This document shows, one piece after another, positions 58,891-64,000 of a DNA stretch of 64,000 nucleotides. The translations under genes were made by a program, and so were the position numbers. Location of the stretch: contig NZ_JAJQXW010000001.1 of the NCBI RefSeq assembly GCF_021246445.1, positions 1 through 64,000 on the forward strand. The letters run 5' to 3'. How positions within the stretch are numbered: position 1 is the stretch's first letter; each line of letters begins with the position of its first letter. Below the pieces are notes generated by a model. It worked only from the letters and a program-made list of their open reading frames with translations. It was not told where the DNA came from and did no database searches. The DNA comes from Rhabdothermincola salaria. GTDB lineage: Bacteria > Actinomycetota > Acidimicrobiia > Acidimicrobiales > Acidimicrobilacustridaceae.

Positions 58891-59669
58891 GACAGGACCG
58901 TGCCCTGGAAGTCGCCGATCAGCGAGATCGGCACCCGACCGTCGGCTGCGCCGGCGGCGAACTCGGCCTGCTTCTGGCGGTAGTACGCCTGGCGCAGATC
59001 GCCCTCGGCTGCCGCGTTGTAGGTGGGGTACAGGGCCCGTCGCGGACGGTCCGAACGGTTCGCCCCCGAACGGTGGGGGGTGCGGGAGTGGAACCAGAGG
59101 ACCTGGCCGGCCCGGACCGCCACGGGCTGCCAGTCGAGGGTCGCCACGACGTCGGGCCGGACGCACCCCGTGTCGTCGGTGGGGAGCAGGTCGTGGTGGG
59201 CGCCGGACACCACTTCCAGGCAGCCGTTCTCGACGACCGCATCGTCGACGGCGATCATGCAGGAGACGTGCACGTCCACGAAGCGGTAGGCGGGAGCATC
59301 CTGGTGGGGGGCGAACCCACCACCCCCGGGCGCCTTGTGGTTGACCTTCTCCTTGTACAGCACGGCCGGCTCGCCGAGGAGGGCCGAGGCCAGGTCCAGC
59401 AGCGCACCACTGGTGAGCAGGTCGCGCAGCTCGGTGTGGAACGGCACGAAGTTCTCGGTGCGGCACAGCACGGCGCCCGCCTCGGTGGCCTCGCGGTGGT
59501 GGAGCCAGTCGCCCTCGCCGTCGGGCCAGGCCGACACCTCGTCGACCCAGTCCGAGAGGCGATCGGCGACGTCGGCGGCGAGGGGTTCGGTCAGCACCCA
59601 ACCGGTGCGGGCGAAGTGGGCGACCGCCTCGTCGCCGGGGGCGAGCACCTGAGGACGCACCGTCGCCAT
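58887..59669 (-). CDS. phnY: Fe/2-oxoglutarate dioxygenase, PhyH family, PhnY*-like
   Basis: LYKEKVNHKAPGGGGFAPHQD, ENGCL, HRS..N.S...RR; coupled to a PhnZ-like gene; leaderless, -10 TACCGT. Confidence 0.75.
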   Translation of the reverse strand: MATVRPQVLAPGDEAVAHFARTGWVLTEPLAADVADRLSDWVDEVSAWPDGEGDWLHHREATEAGAVLCRTENFVPFHTELRDLLTSGALLDLASALLGEPAVLYKEKVNHKAPGGGGFAPHQDAPAYRFVDVHVSCMIAVDDAVVENGCLEVVSGAHHDLLPTDDTGCVRPDVVATLDWQPVAVRAGQVLWFHSRTPHRSGANRSDRPRRALYPTYNAAAEGDLRQAYYRQKQAEFAAGAADGRVPISLIGDFQGTVLS

Positions 59670-59690
59670 GGTCGCCAACGGTAGCGGGGA

Positions 59691-59727
59691 CCGTCCGCAG
59701 CGAGCCCGTCCGCAGGGAGCCCGTCCG
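59691..59727. repeat. 15-bp direct repeat (CCGTCCGCAGSGAGC) x2.5 in the divergent promoter
   Basis: Copies at 59691, 59706 and partial at 59721. Confidence 0.7.
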
Positions 59728-59763
59728 GGGCCGCGAACCGATGGCGGGGTAGCGTCCGACGCG

Positions 59764-61200
59764 GTGAACGTCGTGGTGATCACCCTCGATCAGTTCCGTG
59801 GCGACCACCTCGGGGTGGGTGGCCACCCCCTGGCCCGCACGCCCGGCCTCGACGACCTCGCCGCCCACGGGGTTCGCTTCGCCCGTCACCACGCGCAGGC
59901 GGCGCCGTGCGGTCCGGGCCGAGCCAGCCTCTACACCGGCACATACCAGATGAACCACCGGGTCGTGGCCAACGGTTCGCCGCTCGACGATCGGTTCGAC
60001 AACGTGGCCCGCCTCGCTCGGCGGGCCGGCTACGACCCCACGTTGTTCGGCTACACCGACCAGACGGTCGACCCGCGCACCGTCGCCGACCCGACCGATC
60101 CGCGACTCTCCACCTACGAAGGTGTCCTGCCCGGCTTCCGCGTCGGCCTCGACCTCACCGGGTCCCAGGCCCCGTGGCGGGCGTGGCTGGACGCGCAGGG
60201 ACACGCCCCGGGGAACGGGGCGGGGGACGCCCTGCGGTCCGAGCCCGATCGGCCGGCCGAGGTCGGGATCAGCGCCTTCCTCACCGACCGCTTCCTCGAG
60301 TGGTCGGCCGCACGCGACGAGCCGTGGTTCGCCCACCTCAGCTACCTGCGACCTCATCCGCCCTATGCCGCCGCCGGCGAGTGGTCCACGGCGTTCTCCC
60401 CGGAGGAGGTCGATCTCCCGGTGGCACCCGGCTCGCGAGGCGACCTGCTCCCGCTGCACCGGATGATGCTCGACCTGTTCTTCACCGCGGCCCCCACCGA
60501 CGAGGGGGAGCTGCGCCGGATGCGCGCCCAGTACCTCGGGATGGTCGGCGACGTCGACGCCCAGCTGCAGCGGATCTGGGCGGCGCTACGAGAGCGGGGG
60601 CAGTGGGACGACACCGTGGTCGTGGTCACCGCCGACCACGGCGACCAGCTGGGCGACCAGGGCCTGGTCGAGAAGTTCGGCTGGTTCGGCGCCAGCTACC
60701 ACGTGCCCTGTCTGGTGCGCGACCCGTCCCGACCCGAGGCCCACGGCACGGTGGTCGAGCACTTCACCGAGAACGTCGACCTGCTCCCCACCGTGGCCGA
60801 GCTCCTCGGGGTCGAGGTGCCCAGGCAGTGCGACGGATGTGCGCTCACCCCGTTCCTCTCCGGCGCGGTGCCCGACGAGTGGCGCGACGCAGCCCACTGG
60901 GAGTTCGACTGGCGCTTCCTGGCGATGCTGTCGGGGCGCCCGTCGGGATGGCCGGTCGACCGGCGTCTCGAACGGCGCAACCTGGTCGTGCGCCGCACCG
61001 CCGACCGGGCCTACGTCCAGTTCGGCGACGGGGATGCCGTGGCCTACGACCTGGCCGCCGACCCCACGTGGCGGACGTACGCCGCCGACGCCGACGCCGC
61101 GTGGGCCGATGCGAGGGCGCTGTTGGCCTGGCGGGCCGAGCACGCCGAGCGCACCCACACCGGCACCCTGATCGGTCCGCTCGGGTCGGGGTCGGACTGA
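59764..61200 (+). CDS. Sulfatase-superfamily hydrolase, phosphonate monoester hydrolase (PMH)-like
   Basis: DQFR, CGPGRASL.TG.Y.MNHR...N..PLD, GYDP.L.GYT...DPR, RPHPPY, ADHG, HWEFDWR; leaderless GTG with -10 TAGCGT at 59750. Confidence 0.82.
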   Translation: MNVVVITLDQFRGDHLGVGGHPLARTPGLDDLAAHGVRFARHHAQAAPCGPGRASLYTGTYQMNHRVVANGSPLDDRFDNVARLARRAGYDPTLFGYTDQTVDPRTVADPTDPRLSTYEGVLPGFRVGLDLTGSQAPWRAWLDAQGHAPGNGAGDALRSEPDRPAEVGISAFLTDRFLEWSAARDEPWFAHLSYLRPHPPYAAAGEWSTAFSPEEVDLPVAPGSRGDLLPLHRMMLDLFFTAAPTDEGELRRMRAQYLGMVGDVDAQLQRIWAALRERGQWDDTVVVVTADHGDQLGDQGLVEKFGWFGASYHVPCLVRDPSRPEAHGTVVEHFTENVDLLPTVAELLGVEVPRQCDGCALTPFLSGAVPDEWRDAAHWEFDWRFLAMLSGRPSGWPVDRRLERRNLVVRRTADRAYVQFGDGDAVAYDLAADPTWRTYAADADAAWADARALLAWRAEHAERTHTGTLIGPLGSGSD

Positions 61201-61204
61201 GGGG

Positions 61205-62353
61205 TCAGAGCCGCTCGATGATGGTGACGTTGGCCTGTCCGCCGCCTTCGCACATGGTCTGCATGCCGTAGCGGCCACCCGTGCGTTCGAGCTCGGCGAG
61301 CAGGGTGGTCATGAGACGGGCGCCGGTGGCGCCCAGCGGGTGACCGAGCGCGATGGCGCCACCGTTCACGTTGACCTTCTCGAGGTCGGCCCCCGTCTCC
61401 TTGGCCCAGGCCAGCACGACCGAGGCGAAGGCCTCGTTGATCTCGATCAGGTCGATGTCGTCGAGGCTCAGCCCGGTCTTCTCGAGGGCGTGGCGGGTGG
61501 CGGGGATCGGGGCGGTGAGCATCCACACGGGATCGTCGGCGCGCACCGACAGGTGGTGGATGCGGGCCCGAGGCGTGAGCTCGTGGTCGGCGAGGGCCTG
61601 CTCGCTGGCGATGAGCAGCGACGCCGACGCGTCGGAGATCTGGCTGGCGCACGCCGCGGTGAGGCGGCCTCCCTCGACGAGGGTGGGCAGCGAGCGGATC
61701 TTGTCCCAGTTGGGTTCGCGAGGGCCCTCGTCGGCGGTGGTGTCGCCCACCGGGACGATCTGGGCGTCGAAGCGCCCCTCGGCCCGGGCCCGGATGGCCC
61801 TCACGTGGGACTCGACCGCGAACGCTTCCATCTCGTCGCGGGTGCAGTTCCACTTCTCGGCGATGAGCTCGGCGGCGCGGAACTGGCTGACCTCCTGGTC
61901 GCCGTAGCGCTCCTGCCAACCGGGGGACTCGCTGAACGGGGTCTCGTGGCCGTACTGCTCACCGGCGGTCATGGCCGCGGAGATGGGGATCATCGACATG
62001 TTCTGGACGCCACCGGCCACCACCAGGTCCTGGGTCCCGCTCATGACGCCCTGGGCGGCGAAGTGCACGGCCTGCTGGCTGGAGCCGCACTGGCGGTCGA
62101 TGGTGGTGCCGGGCACGTGCTCGGGCCCGCCGGCGACGAGCCACGCGGTGCGGGCGATGTCGCCGGCCTGGGGTCCGATGGTGTCGACGCAGCCGAACAC
62201 GACGTCGTCGACGGCCCCCGGATCGATGCCGGTGCGCTCGAGGAGGGCGGCGATGCTCGCCGCGCCCAGATCGGCGGGGTGCACGGTGGAGAGTCCGCCA
62301 CCACGGCGGCCCACGGGGGTCCGGACGGCATCGACGATGTAGGCCTCGGCCAT
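61205..62353 (-). CDS. fadA6: Acetyl-CoA acetyltransferase FadA6-like
   Basis: GCVD.IG.QAG.IAR, DRQCGSSQQA, VQNMS.IPIS.AM, RYGDQE.SQFR, NEAF, GHPLGATG, CEGGGQ. Confidence 0.85.
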   Translation of the reverse strand: MAEAYIVDAVRTPVGRRGGGLSTVHPADLGAASIAALLERTGIDPGAVDDVVFGCVDTIGPQAGDIARTAWLVAGGPEHVPGTTIDRQCGSSQQAVHFAAQGVMSGTQDLVVAGGVQNMSMIPISAAMTAGEQYGHETPFSESPGWQERYGDQEVSQFRAAELIAEKWNCTRDEMEAFAVESHVRAIRARAEGRFDAQIVPVGDTTADEGPREPNWDKIRSLPTLVEGGRLTAACASQISDASASLLIASEQALADHELTPRARIHHLSVRADDPVWMLTAPIPATRHALEKTGLSLDDIDLIEINEAFASVVLAWAKETGADLEKVNVNGGAIALGHPLGATGARLMTTLLAELERTGGRYGMQTMCEGGGQANVTIIERL

Positions 62354-62401
62354 TGGGGGGTACCTCGATCTCAGGGGTGGGATGACGCAGGACGGTTGGG
62401 A

Positions 62402-63604
62402 TCAGGTGGCGACGATGGTGCACGAACCGTGACCGAAGAGGCCCTGGTTGATGGCGAGGCCGACCGTGGCGCCCTCGACCTGGTGCCCGGGGCGACGGCC
62501 CTGCAGCTGCCAGGTGAGCTCGCAGATCTGGGCGATGGCCTGGGCGGGGATGGCCTCGCCGAATGACGACAGCCCACCGGAGGGGTTGACCGGCACCCGT
62601 CCGCCGAGGGCGGTGGTCCCATCGCGGACCAGCTTGGCTCCCTCGCCCTCGGCGCACAGGCCGAGGTTCTCGTACCAGTCGAGCTCGAGGGCCGTGGACA
62701 GGTCGTAGACCTCCGCGCAGCTGAGGTCCTCGGGACCGAGGCCGGCCTGCTCGTAGGCGTTGCGGGCGATGGAGTCCTTGAAGCCGCTGGCCGGGGGGCC
62801 CACGACGGCCTGCGAGTCGGTCGCGATGTCGGGGAGCTCGAGGCGGATCTGGGGATAGGTGGGCGTGGTGTTGGCCACGGCCTTGATCCGCACCGTGCCC
62901 TCGAGGCTGCCGAGCTTGCGGCGGGCGTACTCGGGGGTGCAGATGATGAGGGCGGCGGCGCCGTCGGAGGTGGCGCACACGTCGAGCAGGCGCAGCGGGT
63001 CGCTGACGATCGGGGACGAGGCGAAGTCCTCCAGCGAGAACTCCTTGCGGAAGCGGGCGTAGGGGTTCGCCGCGCCCGCCTGGGAGTTCTTCACCTTCAC
63101 CATGGCGAAGTCGTCGGTGGTGTCGCCGAACACGTCGATGCGGCGCCGGGCGTTGAGGGCGAAGAACGACGGGTTGGTGGCCCCGAGGAGGTGGAAGCGC
63201 TGCCAGTCCGGATCCTCCTTGCGCTCGCCACCCACCGGGGCGAAGAAGCCCTTGGGGGTGGTGTCGGCGCCGATGACCATGGCCACCTCGCCGAAGCCGG
63301 CGAGGAGCTGGGCCCGGGCCGACTGCAGGGCCTGGGCCCCGGAGGCGCAGGCGGCGTAGGACGACGAGATCTGGGCGCCGGTCCAGCCGAGGGCCTGGGA
63401 GAAGGTGGACCCCGACACGAACCCGGGGTAGCCGTTGCGGATGGTGTCGGCCCCGGCGACGAACTCGATGTCGCGCCAGGCGACGTCGGCGTCGGCGAGG
63501 GCTTCACGAGCGGCGACGAGGCCGTACTCCACGAAGTTGCGGCCCCACTTCCCCCATGGGTGCATGCCCGCTCCGAGCACCACCAGGTCGCGGTCGGAGC
63601 TCAT
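62402..63604 (-). CDS. Lipid-transfer-protein/thiolase-fold protein (Ltp/BbsB-like)
   Basis: MHPWGKWG, YAACASG, CATSDG, EVYDLST, NPSGGL.SFGEA; ATGA overlap. Confidence 0.85.
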   Translation of the reverse strand: MSSDRDLVVLGAGMHPWGKWGRNFVEYGLVAAREALADADVAWRDIEFVAGADTIRNGYPGFVSGSTFSQALGWTGAQISSSYAACASGAQALQSARAQLLAGFGEVAMVIGADTTPKGFFAPVGGERKEDPDWQRFHLLGATNPSFFALNARRRIDVFGDTTDDFAMVKVKNSQAGAANPYARFRKEFSLEDFASSPIVSDPLRLLDVCATSDGAAALIICTPEYARRKLGSLEGTVRIKAVANTTPTYPQIRLELPDIATDSQAVVGPPASGFKDSIARNAYEQAGLGPEDLSCAEVYDLSTALELDWYENLGLCAEGEGAKLVRDGTTALGGRVPVNPSGGLSSFGEAIPAQAIAQICELTWQLQGRRPGHQVEGATVGLAINQGLFGHGSCTIVAT

Positions 63605-63999
63605 GCGCCCTCCTCCTCGTCGGCGACCGGCGCCCACGTCCAGATCCAGGTCTCTTGCCCGTCCGCGTCGGTGCACAGCACCTGCAGGTCGACCTCGACG
63701 GCCATGCCGATCCGCAGATCGGCGGCCATGATGCCCTTGGCGACCTGGCCCAGGATGACCAGGCCTTCTTCCTCGAGCTCGACCGCGGCGAGGGCGTAGG
63801 GCTCGAAGGGGTCGGGCGCCACGAACGGTGGCGGTGGGGCGTAGTGGTTCTCGGTGTAGGACCAGATCCGGCCCCGCCGGGACAACGGCGTGGGTTCGAG
63901 CTCGGTGGCGTCGCAGCCCGGGTTGGGGCAGGCGCCGGATCGGGGCGGGAACACGTAGGTGCCGCACGTGGGGCACTTCCCGCCGATCAGCGTGTAGGG
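63601..63999 (-). CDS. DUF35 Zn-ribbon/OB-fold protein (5'-truncated by window edge)
   Basis: KCPTCG..FPP...CPNPGC, G.IWSYT..Y.PPPP, VEL; coupled to the Ltp-type thiolase. Confidence 0.85.
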   Translation of the reverse strand, partial: PYTLIGGKCPTCGTYVFPPRSGACPNPGCDATELEPTPLSRRGRIWSYTENHYAPPPPFVAPDPFEPYALAAVELEEEGLVILGQVAKGIMAADLRIGMAVEVDLQVLCTDADGQETWIWTWAPVADEEEGA

Positions 64000-64000
64000 C

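Noticed and set aside
61195..61210. CTGA-GGGG-TCAG inverted repeat
   Set aside because: Simply the two convergent TGA stop codons.

Overview
High-GC actinobacterial DNA. Gene content and style suggest Acidimicrobiia or a related group; this is inference. About 58 CDSs, mostly lipid/steroid catabolism: fadE26-fadE27-like acyl-CoA dehydrogenases, and homologues of the steroid C/D-ring (HIP) genes fadE30/ipdE1, ipdF, Rv3548c/Rv3549c-like SDRs, echA20-ipdA-ipdB-ipdC and fadA6. These are mixed with an uncharacterised catabolic set (ALDH, ADH, cyclase, amidohydrolases, F420 LLMs, P450, Mo-oxidoreductase, HMGS-DUF35/thiolase). Main observation: a 17-bp palindrome, TCTGAY-N5-RTCAGA, occurs 7 times, always intergenic and at promoters. 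It links the HIP genes and the orphan genes into one apparent regulon whose operator is not the KstR or KstR2 consensus; no cognate regulator is in the window. Other notable items: (1) a divergent phosphonate-monoester-hydrolase / PhnY* / PhnZ cluster; (2) a 4.7-kb putative NO/redox island (group III truncated globin, ArnR-like regulator, ACP-like protein, stand-alone NuoF) with its own TCTA-N8-TAGA sites; (3) an ODP-type di-iron sensor fused to GGDEF; (4) a leaderless Leu attenuator before leuA; (5) a PIN toxin-antitoxin pair; (6) several REP-like repeats. No rRNA, tRNA or CRISPR array was seen. Family assignments come from recognised motifs and recalled similarity, not database searches. Many start codons were re-called from RBS, -10 and stop-overlap evidence.
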